Shown: positions 39,635 to 53,364 of the stretch, piece after piece
Numbering within the stretch: the stretch's first letter is position 1
Layout: each line of letters starts with the position of its first letter
DNA from: Octopus vulgaris
Lineage: Eukaryota
NCBI GenBank assembly: GCA_951406725.2
Contig: OX597822.1
Span: 109,120,001 to 109,184,000 of the forward strand
Direction of reading: 5' to 3'
DNA length: 64,000 bases
Made by a program: the position numbers and the translations under genes
Notes under the pieces: generated by a model
What the model was told of the DNA's origin: nothing
The model's input: only the letters and a program-made list of their open reading frames with translations
Database searches by the model: none

Positions 39635-40953
39635 GTGTATTCATATGTTTCCTATGATAATGAAACATTCGAAAGAAAGAACTAAATTTGGTGGTTAATC
39701 CAGAAATATTTAATTAAAATAAATGAGAATATGCATTGGAGAGCGGGATTAAATTTAAAGTTTCTTGACATGTTCCGCTTTTATTGGAATCCATTAATAA
39801 TCATAGTCGAACTGTTACATTATCTTACTAGAGAAGTTTGTATGATTAACTAATATTTTTATATTTATTGCCTAAGAAAATCAAATACGTTAGTGCCTCG
39901 TTTATTACTATCTTTTCGTGAAGCTAGCATGCCCGGGTAATTTTAGAAATTATTAATCCGAGAATAAGACATAGCTTGTAAATTGCCTAACAGATGTCGC
40001 CATTTATCCAGGATGCTTACAGCATCATAAATGGTATACTTTTTAAATAATATAGCATATTTGACAACGTAGCTAATTTGTTGAGTAATTCCTTTAAGCT
40101 ATATCACCACTGTGTGAGAACTAATGAAAATGCTATATCTAGTTATCTAATATCCGCAGCAACGCTGACACAATGCTTCTCTGACGAAGGTAAACACTAC
40201 AGAAATATATCAAAAAATGTCACCGTCGTGCTAAGAATCAGACTCTCTCCATTCTGAATAATATATTTAACTAATCTTTAACTAACGTTTTGGGACTGAG
40301 CTTCTTTGCTTCGAGTGATTGTGAGGATAACTATTCGCATGAGTGAATGCATAATGTTACTTAATTAACCGTATATTTGTTAAATAAATTCATTGCAGAT
40401 GTTTCTTCCAGCATGTTTTCTGACGAGTTCCCCATAGTCGTTGTTTTGTGTTTATAACAACGCCCTGTATTCATTCACTAAAATGACACATACTCGTCTA
40501 GTCTCCAAAGATTGGCAATAATAGTTACAACTCGCTTTGCAACGGATGGCTAATGCAACTGAAAATTACCAGACTTCTCACTTTGCTGCCAAAAAAAAAA
40601 AACGCATAGCAATTTGAATTGCATATTTAATTATTTCGTTTTAATTAAGATTCTCACTTTTTTGGCCAAATTTAATAATTTCCATAGTGGTTATTCTCAT
40701 TGGTAAATTTGTACTTCGGTTTCATTATTTTTTTTCACTTTCATTTCATGATGCACACAAACGGCTCTTAAAATATTGGCATGTTACACTTCAGGCCAAA
40801 GATACGCACATTCCAGGTAGTTGCAGATCTAGGATCAGTAAATATAATCTACGAGATTCTCAGGAAGAATTTATTATTACACTTTTATGAAGGATTTCCA
40901 AAAACATACTGACTCCATGTTTAAGGAAACGGAACTGTTGAAGTTTCACTTAC

Positions 40954-41048
40954 CTGTGTCCAGTAGTAGCGTTTCGTGTCGACATAAATGTGTGTTATTA
41001 TATAATTGCAAACCGACATTTTACTGAAGTTCCCACATTCTTGTTGGT
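40954..41048 (-). CDS. Candidate exon of an unknown secreted/membrane protein: (Y)QQECGNFSKMSVCNYIITHIYVDTKRYYWTQ
   Basis: Consensus donor CAG|gtaagt; acceptor ttttttttaatgaag. Could instead be the tail of a decayed longer exon. Confidence 0.35.
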
Positions 41049-41263
41049 CTTCATTAAAAAAAACATATTAATGGCACTACAATATTCCCTTGTTATTGGC
41101 CACCATAAATATTTTCTCAATCGCACTCTGCTCATCTTAATCCATGGTATTATAATCAGGAGAATTATGGGGGATGAAATTGAAGTTGGTGATGTCAAAG
41201 AGATTCTTGTTTTCAATATCTGATTATTTCCGGACGGCTATGCGCCGATTCGTACCACCTCAC

Positions 41264-41401
41264 ATTTGGCTTTTCTGGAGCAATCCTCTCCAGCCATGTA
41301 TTGGTATTCAGTGCCCGAGAGCTTCAAATAAACATCCGAATGTATAGCAAGACCCAGTTTATAGATATTTGGATGAATTCTGGCGGTGCATGAAAGTATT
41401 C
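41264..41401 (-). CDS. Candidate exon: (G)ILSCTARIHPNIYKLGLAIHSDVYLKLSGTEYQYMAGEDCSRKAK
   Basis: Acceptor tcctgtttttag, possible donor AAAT|gtgagg, phase 1-1. Confidence 0.35.
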
Positions 41402-43005
41402 CTAAAAACAGGAGATACACAAAATGGTCGGGTTTAGCTTAAACAAACTCTATGATGTGTTGTTGAGATGCTGGTAATTGTTTAGTTTGGGAATTGTACT
41501 ATATCGTAAATATGTTTCTATTGAAGTAGTGGCGAAATGATTACTTATAATAATGTTAGTTTCCATAACAGGGAATATATAATGCAGTGTGTATCAATGG
41601 AAATGTCTTCGGGTAAAAATTACATTTCGTAAACAAAATCACTGGGAGCATAAAACAAAATATGACTGGCTAATTATACAGAATACATTACTTTATGACA
41701 ACAACAAGCGAGTATTGAGATGCAAGTATCGACTAACAATACAAATATGGTAATAACTTTTCAACTTGTTTTGCAAAGGGAACAGCTTAAGCATGCTTAT
41801 CAAAACATAATGAAAAATAAGGGTAACATATAACGCAGAGCAGAGGATTTTATCACATATGTGTCGTAAATGATTCCGACGAATCGTAAATGAACATTGA
41901 GAGAATGATTCTTCTTTTAAAATATAGACTTTCCGCTTTTGTCAGAAGTGTAGTAATGTAATAGTAACCAGAAATATGAAAGCTACATAGGAAGTGGAAA
42001 TAGCAGAGATGTTAAGACCGTGTTCAGCGTTAAGTTACAACGTATTTCCTTCTGATAGAGCAATCAAAATATGCATGTCTCACAGGAGCAAGTCATTAAT
42101 TTCGACTCGTGTAGTTAAAGCTCAATATTATTCTCTTGCATGTTATTCATGCATAATATATGTGCATGAGCTGCAATGCGTAGATAGAAAAAAATGTAGT
42201 TTTATATGGATATACAGAGAAAAGCGCATATTTCTGCGAATGTTATGTATTATAAAGTGATTCTAGTACAGGTAATGAACACGTAGGTCCACGTAATAAA
42301 TAATATGAATGAAAGGGTTAATATTCATTGTTATTCGCGTAAATTGGATCTACAGCATATGATCTCGCATATCATTTGCTGATAATAGGGTTTACGTGTT
42401 TACGAAGGAGAAGTAAAATACAGTGCGATGGGAAGGATGATAGCATGAATACAGAAAAAAAGTAACAAAAATGCGAAAACTGATATTGTAATAAATGTGC
42501 GTGAAAAGAATTCTCAGAAAGAAAATAAAATAAAAGTAAATTTTAAAAGCAAAAGAAGTAAAAATTAAAGGATGAAAAATCAATAGAGCAAAACTGAAAA
42601 AAATGTATTGGAATCTCTTCAAAGGAGATATGTTGATGTCACTTATTGTATTTTTTCTCAAATTTATCATTGTTTAAAGAAAATTATTTTCTTATTTTCT
42701 TATAAATATTCTTCTCGTTTAATACCCTATAATATAATGCTATCATATTCGTAACTTACATTCTCCAGAATTTGTGAGATACATTCACTATCAACATTCT
42801 TCATTTCTGTCATTGAATTTTTATAATGATATGTCGAGAAAAAGGATTTTCAAAAATTCTGTATAAACAATAAAAAAAATATTTGCAGGTAAAAAGACTT
42901 CGAACGGAGAGATAAGCGAAGATTATTTATACTTCGGCATTTCTTCAATAAATTTTCTCTTAAAAGTTGCAAAAATCTCATGTTAATAATTGAAATTATA
43001 TGCAA

Positions 43006-43047
<42 letters not shown>

Positions 43048-43880
43048 ATAAAGAGAAAGAGAGAGAGATAGGGGGAGAGATATATATGATTATACCTCCC
43101 TAATTACCCACATATATGGATATATATAGATACATATATATATATACATATATATGTCCATATATATATATATATATATATATATGCATATGTGTGTGTA
43201 TGTTTGTGTATATGAGTATGTATTTACATATGTGTGTACATAGCTCCACCAAGATAAACATGTTAATACATATTTGCGCACATATATTCCTGAAAACTTA
43301 TATCTCTTCTAAAAGGAATTTTTGTTCAACGTTTGAATCAATAACAACAAAGAAAAGTGTTGGCATCGGCTATAAACTACTACTGGTTGTTTAAGTAGCA
43401 CATCGAAATAAACATATTCCTAAATAAAATTTTCCCCAATATCTATCAGAATTGAACCAAAGATGACAGTTTATTTCTTCATAATATATAAGTATTTCCC
43501 TGGAGCAGACTTCCTAAACATTACTTTCTTAATATGTTTTGTAATATAAATTTTGTTACGGAACACAAGAATTGACAAAAATATATTTCAAAGTATAATT
43601 GAAGTTAATGTTTAGCACAATAATATATTCCACAGTGTATTTCATTATTGTAAATACAAATGTTTTCTGACATGGTTTAGGAAGCAAGAAAAACAGACGA
43701 AGGTATCAAATTTCCCTTTAACAGGTTAACTCGTTTGATTTATGTTCAAGTTTCTTCATTTGGCAACATAAAATTATTTACTCGCACTGTCTCACTCCTT
43801 CTCTCTTTATATCTGTACTCGCATATCTGTACATGTGTGTGTCTATGCGTGTGGGTGTAATATATATATATATATATACA

Positions 43881-44635
43881 GTTCTTGACTGAAGTTTGAA
43901 GGCTTCGAATGTCCCGTCCGTGTTTTTTGTATCGTCTTCTAAATGTTTTACGTTCTTGTCCCAGTTTGTATTTTTCTACATATAATATATATAGCGACAT
44001 CCATACCCTCGTTGGCCTTATGTAAGTACATATTCCTGTAAATTTGGTACGACTCTACACACTGTCTCTCTCTCCTACATTTCTCTGCCTTTCTCACTTT
44101 ACACTCTACTTTGATATGTTCCCTTCGTCCCTCTTTCTCTCTCTCTTTGTTTCCTTTGCCCCATTTCTTTTCTCTCTCTTCACTCACGTGACCGCTGGTC
44201 AAAATCAGCCTTTTGGCCTCCGACCACTGCCGTGAGAACATCCTTGTCTTCGTCTGCCGATAAAGGCATTTTTTCCAAATACGCCAGCTAAACTTGTTGA
44301 CTGTTTATTAGTCGTAAGACACCCGCTGTTTTTATCCTGTTTTTACCATTATTGTTTTTTGAATTTTATATTCGTGTGGCATCGTCTGTTTTTCTGTCCC
44401 TGTTTCGTATACATTCGATCCTTCTTTCAAGAAATCTAATGCTCGTAGCTTAGTTTTTCCTTGGGGCTGGCCGGATCGGAGCGATCTCAAGATTAATCAG
44501 CCGAAATTGCTAGGAAGATCCGGTTCTTGATTGAAGATTGAAGGCTTCGAATGTCCCGTCCGTGTTTTTTGTATCGTCTTCTAAATGTTTTACGTTCTTG
44601 TCCCAGTTTGTATTTTTCTACATATAATATATATA
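43881..44635 (+). mobile_element. Repeat element with a ~110-bp direct duplication (pseudo-LTR-like)
   Basis: gttcttga..gaaggcttcgaatgtcccgtccgtg...ctacatataatatatat occurs at 43881-43993 and 44523-44635, each ending in (TA)n. Confidence 0.6.
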
Positions 44636-44829
44636 TATGTATATATATATATACACATTCAAAATGTGACCGCGTGTGTACCGTTGGCGAATTTTTTTCC
44701 TCCGTCTTCCCTTCCTGAGCGTCCAATAATACTATATTTGTTCCACGTCCACGCGTTGTTGTGTTTTCATGTTTGGATTAACTATATATATATATATAAG
44801 TTCAGCAAACAATTAAGATTCAAATGAAT

Positions 44830-45900
44830 ATGGTACTTAATTTAGATGCACCAGAATTTTTTATGGTATTACCCATAAAAATATTCGGGGTAATTATAAT
44901 CGAAAATAACCTAAAATGATTATAACCTAAAATGGGATATAGTTAGGAGGGCAAAACCTTATAGAAATAATAGAGTAGGCCCCAACTCTGTTCTATGGAA
45001 ACCTATGAAATTTTAAAGTTTTGAAGTAATAAAATTCTACTAAATAATCGTCTAGAATCAGGTTGATTTGCATTCATTCAACAATTAGACCTTTCAAATA
45101 GAAATTTTAAGGTTTTCCTACTTTTTCTAACTGCATCTTTTTAATATAATAATAATAATATGAGATATACTATACCAACCTCTAATTTACTTTTATATTC
45201 AACTAAATTAACCTCACTTTAATCATGAAATTGCATATTTTCCCAATTCTATTTTAATTTTAACATTTAATACTATTCCCCACGTCATAAAATTCGATAT
45301 CTACTATAAATTGGATGAGGTTTTGTTCCCCTACCCTTTGTAAAAGAATTTAATTGACCTCTGGACATTGACCTAGATTTTTTTCTCACCACATAAAAAT
45401 TAATAGCTTTCTGTTCTAGTGATAACCTTGATTTCCCTTAATGTATTTTCTCTGCAACTAACTTTTACAGCTTTCTTTTATATCCCCTTACCTAAATTCC
45501 TACTAAAAATTCTGATGGCTTTCAGTGGAAAGTAAGGGCTGGTCAGCTTAGTAGCTGACCTCCTACCTCATATTCTCCTAAGAATTTAGTGTTTTTTCTA
45601 TACTGACCTAAATCTTCTGTCACCACATAAATAGATTGACCCTTTGTTCTAGTGACAATCTGTATGTCTTTTACATCTCCTGAATTTTTCCCCTTTTTAT
45701 CTTCAACTAACTTGATTTCTTAACCTGCCCTTACCCCCATTCTTATAACTTAGGAAATTTTCTTACAACAGTTAGTTGTGAGCAAAATTTTGGTCTGGTT
45801 GGCATCCTAACTACACTACCTCATGTTCCTGAGATTCATATTTACATCTTTATCTGTATATTTACCTTCTCTAAGATGTTACTAATTGATTTGAGAACTT
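44830..45900 (+). mobile_element. Penelope-like element 3' fragment (GIY-YIG endonuclease C-terminus plus tail)
   Basis: 44916-45057 reads NDYNLKWDIVRRAKPYRNN / (frameshift) QLCSMETYEILKF*SNKILLNNRLE, like the PLE KW.I...A.PY....C.LC..E...I...LLN.R.E motif. Confidence 0.7.
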
Positions 45901-46990
45901 TACATTATTGGAAAACCTACATAAAATTAGCTGAAGATTACTCGACATATTAAATCTGCTGTAATATTTACAGCTTTTAATAAAATGCTGTAGTATGAAA
46001 CAATTGTACTAAATTACCGGATTCATACTTGTTGCTTATTTTTGATTATATATACGTAGAGTGTTGAAACACAAAGTAACAACGTGAGGATCAACATATA
46101 TGCTACAGAACCTGATCGGCTATTCTACTTACATCAGTTTAAACCTCGACAGTAGAATTCTGAGAGGATCAGATGGCAGAGTTGCAAACAAAAAAGAAAA
46201 CAAGGCGAGAAAATGCTCTCACGTCAATGTCGTTTAGCTTCCAAGAGTTTATACATTATTGATACATCTGACCATATAAAGAACAGTCAGAGTTTATAAC
46301 TATATTCATCTCTTGATTGTGAATTGTGATTAGACATTCGCACACATTGCACTGAGAGCTAATGTAACATACCGATTCCTCTTTCTGAAATTTCTAATCT
46401 TAGGTGCTTGTTAATTAAAAGAATAATAATAGATGCAACATTCATAATAGAAGCAAAATTATGTGTTGAAAGGTGCAGAGAAAGTATAAAATGTGCTTGT
46501 TGCTTACTCTGAAAATCGACGCTGATTGATCAAAGATATTTGTTTCTTATGTATCCATCGATAGTATTTGTGTTCATAGGACTACCTCCATTCCGTTTCT
46601 AACGCACGTTCAACGCCTGTTTGCTCGGATTAAACGAAATTAAATAATCAATCTCACGAAAACAAAATACTACCGGTCATTTGATCGCTCTTAAATTTTA
46701 ACATTTGCTCATGAATAATGTCATCAGTATAATATTGACTGTAAAAGTATATACTTTGATCAATATATATTCACCAGATAATTGACGCGAAGAAAATATA
46801 TAATTTGGATATATATATATATAGTTAAAATGTGTATCTGCTTCCCCACTATCAGATACATTCAAATATTCCGCTTCCCTCAAAAGACAGTACCTCCTTT
46901 GAACAGCACAGATGTAAGAGAACACTGGCCACCGAGTCCATACTTTACGTAACGTGAACTCTGTAGAAATTACCTGCGCAATTTGCTTAC

Positions 46991-47096
46991 CGATATAAAC
47001 CAAAATTGAAAGGAACGAAATGATCAAATTATTTACAACAATGCAATAAAAAATGGAAGAATGGAAGTAATTTAATAAATAATTCTTTCGAACCAT
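46991..47096 (-). CDS. Candidate first exon with hydrophobic signal/anchor: MVRKNYLLNYFHSSIFYCIVVNNLIISFLSILVYI(G)
   Basis: ATG at 47096, strong phase-1 donor TCG|gtaagc compatible with the 41401 acceptor. Confidence 0.35.
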
Positions 47097-47253
47097 ATAG
47101 ACGAAACAAAGATAAACAGTGCTTGTAATTCTAATATAGATTACTTATAACTAGTCACGTATGGACCTTTTTTTTTATCTGGCGAGCTGATGAAATCTGT
47201 CATCCTCAGTATACTGTTGGTGTTTATATTATATATCTGAAGTAGATGAATAG

Positions 47254-47333
<80 letters not shown>

Positions 47334-47956
47334 CTCAGCCGTCCTTTTACTAATTTAAGGAAACTGATGTGAAAATTCTCTAATAACATGCAACAAATAT
47401 CGCGAAAATTAAATTGCACCAGCTCTTCGCTTTATTACCAATTGCCTACGTAATTTAATATAGATATCTTTAGATCCACGTTGCTCCAAGTACTGTAAAC
47501 AAGAGCTTATTATTATTTTTTATTAGATAGAATGTTATTAGGAAGATTAAGAGCTGCAGGGAGTGCAGCATTAGCTTATATAGGAAGAAAAAAATATATA
47601 TTTGCTTATATTGTGTTGCGTTCAAATCCATCCAGCTTTAACGATGTAATTTCCCCAAAATGTTATATCCATGCATCTATGTTTTTGATTTTCTTTTTGG
47701 GGTTACTGCTGATAAGAACGTTTTACCTATAAATTTGTGGCGTGTCACCTGTGTAGGAGCTAATATCAGTTTCAAGGATTAGAAAGGAATGCTTCCTCTA
47801 GTTTATTATTTATGTGCTTCGAACAAATCTACTCTTAAAGTATAAATACAAACATTCCAATTTACATAAATGTGACGTGACCAACACGCCCTCACACGCG
47901 CCCTCACACGCGTGCAGAGATATATAGATTTATGTTGGTATATATGTATATATGTT

Positions 47957-48025
<69 letters not shown>

Positions 48026-48129
48026 GCGTGTGTGTATGTGTGTGTGCGCGCGTAAACGTAAGATCCAAGTATCAAAATGTAGGAAGTTAGTGAGCTTGAA
48101 GTAATAGATTTTATCTACTCCATTCCCTA

Positions 48130-48191
<62 letters not shown>

Positions 48192-48305
48192 CTCAGAGAT
48201 TTAAAACCGGTCGATTTTCCCTTTACGAGATCAGGAATGTATTTTGCTTAAAACATATATAGTATTTGCATGTGGAGTAAGATCATATCACTTGCCGGTG
48301 ATTGT

Positions 48306-48349
48306 CTCACACTGAGGGCCGATAGCTACCAGAAACCGAAGTCTGTGTG
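48306..48349 (+). ncRNA. Minimal hammerhead ribozyme-like motif, copy 1 (core mutated)
   Basis: ctcaca-CTGAGGG-...-GAAA-c-cgaa-GTC-tgtgtg. Confidence 0.55.
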
Positions 48350-48613
48350 TATCACGTAAGGCTATGCGAGCACCAACGGTGTGTTGGTAACCAGCGGAAA
48401 TTTTTTTCCTAGGGCTAAAAAAATTAAATATTGTCTTTGTAGGTCTGCCACATTATGTTGTGAAATAAGCTTTACTATTCGGTACTGATATTGCTTATCT
48501 CTCGCTAAGAGATTTAAAACAAGTTGATTTTCTCTTTAGAAGATCGGCGACTTTAGAAGATCGGCGTTATCAGTAATCTAAGTGGAGTAAACCCATTACT
48601 ATCCAGTCATTGT

Positions 48614-48658
48614 CTCACACTGAGGACGGGTAAGTACCCAGAAACATACATGTGTGAG
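48614..48658 (+). ncRNA. Minimal hammerhead ribozyme-like motif, copy 2 (cleavage triplet mutated)
   Basis: Stem I ctcaca/tgtgag, core CTGAGGA, stem II gggta/taccc, GAAA. Confidence 0.6.
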
Positions 48659-48829
48659 TATCACGTAAGGCTAGAGATGGGAGTGATGACCTCCCTTCTA
48701 TATATTATACGGACACAAACTGTGTGACGGTAGCCAAATTATTTAGCTTTGCGTTCTGCGTCCAAATCCATTCGGCTTTAACGATGCCGTTTTCCCGAAG
48801 ACAAACAGGCTCTCATATGAACCAGGATA

Positions 48830-50640
48830 TAAACTCATGTTTTGCAGTGGCAGAGTGGATTTTGGGAAAATTGCCCATTAAAAACACCGGAGTGTTTTCG
48901 TTCTGGAAACGTAGGAGATATACAGTCTCACTGTCGAACGAAGATGATAAAGGTCAGAACAATGACAAAAAAGTAAGTAGTATTATGCCATCGAACAACA
49001 AATGTGATACAATGAGAAGAAGTTCGTAAATGTGAAAATTTAAAATATAAGTGTAAAACTGAAGTTTGACTCAGGTAAATACGAGACTATTATAAAGGTG
49101 AAAAAGAAAAACGGAGGAAATATGCCAGTAAGCCGAAATTGATTAGTTGCGTATGTAACGTAATATTTCGTGGTCAAACGAAAAAGGCTAGCATATATAC
49201 CTTAAAACAGCCACTTAATTTATTTACGACAGAATGGATAGAATTATTCAATTTACGAGATACACCCATAAAAGTTTTGTATAGAAATATATATTTCTTT
49301 ATTGCCCACAAGGAGCTAAACATAGAGGGGACTAACAAGGACAGACGAACGGATTAAGTAGATTCTATCGACCCCAGTACGTAACTGGTACTTAATTTAT
49401 CGACCCCGAAAAGATGAAAGGCAAAGTCGACCTCGGCGGAATTTGAACTCAGAACGTAAAGGGCAGACGAAATACGGCTACGCATTTCGCCCGGCGTGCT
49501 AACGTTTCTGCCAGCTCGCCGGTCGCCGCAGTCGAAGTTTCAAATGAGGCCGAAGGACTGAAGCAAAAGATTGCAGTAAAACACGTAACACCAGTATATA
49601 AGCCAAACAGACATTTACCATTTACAGTCATAGATCAGGTTAAAAAAGAACTGGAAAAACTGAAAAGTATTGATATAATTGTAAAGAATAACCACACAGA
49701 TTGTGCAACACCGTCGGTTTACGTGAAAAAGACGAATGACAAACGAAGACTATGTACAGATTTTTCAACAAAGTTGAACGATTAGTTAGTCGCACATGAT
49801 CACATTTCTTTAAAATGAACACACAATGGCTTATATTAAATGTAAGCGGCTTCCCTTTGGTGTGAATGTAAAGTGTAAATTCTAACTGAAAAAAATAATC
49901 AACTAATTAAGACAAGTAACTGATGATAATGGAACGCAATATGTTTCTAGCGAATTATCAAAGAATTGTGAAATGTTCGCGGTAGAACTGTCTAACTACA
50001 GTACCATCCATTCCCAGATCTAATGGAGAGGCAGAATGCTTTGTTGATACTTTCAAAAGAGCTAAGGAAAATATACGGAAAGCACGGATGAACTATCTTT
50101 ACAATAATTTTTTAGAGGGGGCCGTGTAACACCAAATCAGAAAATACCAACGCTAGCTCACAAGCGGAGTTGTTGTTTGCAAGGAGAGTAAAGTTAGTTT
50201 TTGATAAATTGAAAATGTTCCAGGGAAGATTTAGCAAGTTAGTGATATACTGTAATTGAGGACATACAAAAATGGAAAGTAGAACAAGTAACAGGAGCAA
50301 ATTACCAAATACATAGGTAATATGATGTATTGCGTAAAAAGTGGTAGAAAATCTGAACAAGAGATTAGTGGAAACCGAACCAAAGAAGCTGAAGCAAATT
50401 ATGGAATGGTTTAAGCGATACGTTCCAAGTACCAACGCCACTGCAGGTGATTGAACATAGGCATACAAGTGAAGGGAAAAGAAAACGTTCATAGTTCTCG
50501 AAAAATAGGCGCCATGACAAAAATATTAGATGGTTCACACAAAAAAAAAATCAAAAAAGAGAGGCGGGATAAATAAATATATTGTTAAATATAATGACAC
50601 TTACTAAGAAAAACTTGAACGGAGAGATATTGTAGGGAAT
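48830..50640 (+). mobile_element. Gypsy/Ty3 LTR retrotransposon pol relic, internally deleted and interrupted by a SINE
   Basis: Protease-like ISVKLKFDSG (~49047-49076); RT N-terminus LPFTVIDQVKKELEKL...TPSVYVKKTNDKRRLCTDF (~49615-49765); integrase TDDNGTQY and PRSNGEAECFVDTFKR (~49920-50060). Confidence 0.85.
49293..49520 (-). mobile_element. SINE family C, full length, inserted in the Gypsy relic
   Basis: Reverse complement of the 32081-32310 copy. Confidence 0.9.
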
Positions 50641-50699
50641 TAGTAATAATGGTACACCCCTACCACGTGACGAACGTGTATGTGAAAGCGCTTGCGATC

Positions 50700-50910
50700 G
50701 CGCATGCGTGTGCATGTGCTTCCGTTTGTCCCCTCATGCGGCTTCCAAACCGGTGTATTTATGTCGCCTTACCCTGGTGGTTGGGCAAATGTAACCCATA
50801 GATTAAGTGCTAGTTTTAAAACAAAGTTGCACGACTGATTCATTTGACTAAAAATTCTTGAAGTCAGTGCTCAAGCATGGCCGCAGTGTAACGACTAAAA
50901 CAAGTAAAAG
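50700..50910 (+). mobile_element. Degenerate 3' half of SINE family A
   Basis: gtttgtcccc...ccggtgt...gtgctcaagcatggccgcagt...aacaagtaaaag. Confidence 0.65.
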
Positions 50911-51013
50911 CTAAACAATAAACAGACATTTACACACACACACGCACCCAAATATATATAAAGACATATATATAATACACATATATATTATATATATATA
51001 TATATATATTATT

Positions 51014-51047
<34 letters not shown>

Positions 51048-51049
51048 CA

Positions 51050-51122
<73 letters not shown>

Positions 51123-51622
51123 TGCTCGTTTATATGGCCTGCTCGTTTATATTGGCCTGCTCGTTTCGTTTAGCCAGCGGGGTGGCGTCCTTTGAAGGCT
51201 AAAACAATGCGAAGCGCATTGTGACCAGCGATGTGTAGCAACATCTGATAGCCTGGTCGATCACGGTTATGACGGTGATATATATATATATATATATATG
51301 TATATACAGAGAGAGAGAGACTATGTGTGTGTGATTGCATGGTTGATTGATTGTGTGAAAGAATGAGTGAGTGAGTGAGAGAATTCGCTAAAAGTACAAA
51401 AAACTAAACCGAGAGTATTTCATCTTTGAAGCTGTCTCCCGTTGTTGATGGTCGGTCTCAGTCTTATTACATGTAATCGAATTAGGCTACCAACTTTGTT
51501 GAGATATCATCTGCTGACATCTTTTTAACGAATTGTCTGCCAGTTTCTTCGAATTTCTTTCTATATTTGATGTCCTAGCACAGCACAAGCAAAAGCTTTC
51601 TTAATATCTGCTATACGATAGC

Positions 51623-51669
<47 letters not shown>

Positions 51670-52577
51670 ACACTGTGTATATCTATTCCCTTAACATATA
51701 TTCAAGACTAGAAATATTTACACGCTATCAGACCTTATGATTTATGTTTTATAGATTTCAGATGGCTCAAGTGGCAGCCGATCAGTATGTACGTAAGCCT
51801 GTTAGCAAAGTGTTGATCGAAAAAAAAACAAAAGGATGTGCCGTAGGTAAAAATAGTGTCTGCTTAAATTCGTATATTACTAAGAGTTCAATGCCGTGTT
51901 GATTCCTCTGCTGACTCTCTACTGCATTCAAGATACGGGTCTCTAATGGTTTGGTGAGAAATATTCATAAGTATCTAATGTACCGCTTTACGACACTAAA
52001 AGGATAATTTGCGAATCTATTGATGATAGTTTCGTGTTGCTGCAGACCGGATTCAGATAAGTACAACACCGCAGTGGTTTTTCTTACAGATGTTGATAGG
52101 ACGATACTTATATCAACACACATATACACAAACACTGATATACTTACATGTATGTGTGTGTGCGTGCGTGTGTGTGTTTGTGTATGTGTGTGTGTGTGTG
52201 TGTGTATGTATGATTTTGTTGCAAAATAAAAAAAAAGGAGCCCGCATTGAATTGAGACTTGCGGTGCGTGATGTTATGGTGAATGCAGAAGATTAGCTTA
52301 CAGGCTTGTTATTTGTATGATAGATGCTACACATTGAAAAGAGAGGCTTGCAGATGTGAGCTATTTAGATATGAATACGAGAATAGAATAAAGTCTCGAT
52401 AACATAATAACGTTGGAATATCATATTATATATTTCTACATACGTCGATTTCGACACTAGCCGCCGCACAATTAAATACAGAAGAGTAATATATCAGATG
52501 TATGGAGTTTGAAAGAAGTACCACTATATGTATATACATGTTATGCATGCATGTATGCATGCATATACGAATGAATG

Positions 52578-52628
<51 letters not shown>

Positions 52629-53364
52629 TATATATTAATATGTAGAGATTACAGAGATAACTGCAGCAGAAGAAATGAGATAAATGGATAAATGACGAAA
52701 AGAAATATATTGACAATAAAAGAGTTATACAAACAGACTAGATAAATAATATTTTTTTAAAAATGTGATTCGGAGAATGGAGTTTTTATTGTTCCTGCAA
52801 TAAATGTTAGTGTGAAGGAAAAAAAATCTGTGTGCAGAAGGATTATGAATGATGTCTGTATTCCGTTATCTTCTGTATTTCCTAGTCTTCTGATACCTTG
52901 GTGATTTTTGTGTTTAAATTATAAAGAATTGCTTCAACAAAAGAAAATGTGAAACCTGCAATTATTATTCAGTGATTTCATTCACCTTTCAATAATCTAT
53001 ATATGCATGCACATACATACGTTGATATAATTATATTTATAATTGCATACGAATCTATTGGTATATACGCAACTAAATGCACTCACACAAACACACACAC
53101 AATCACACAAACCTCACACACATACACTCTACACACATGTACACACACATAAATGTGAGTGTATTTGCTTATGTTGTTGTTTCCTTATGTGCTTCTTTAC
53201 TGCTGTTATATAAAAGTAATTATTATGGATACAGTAAGGAAACCATATAGTATATTACACTACTGAAATTACAAGTTATAGTTGTACGTATGTATGTATG
53301 TATTATGCATCTATGTATGTATGTGTGTATGGGTGTATGTCTCTTCTATTTTTTAATTATTATA

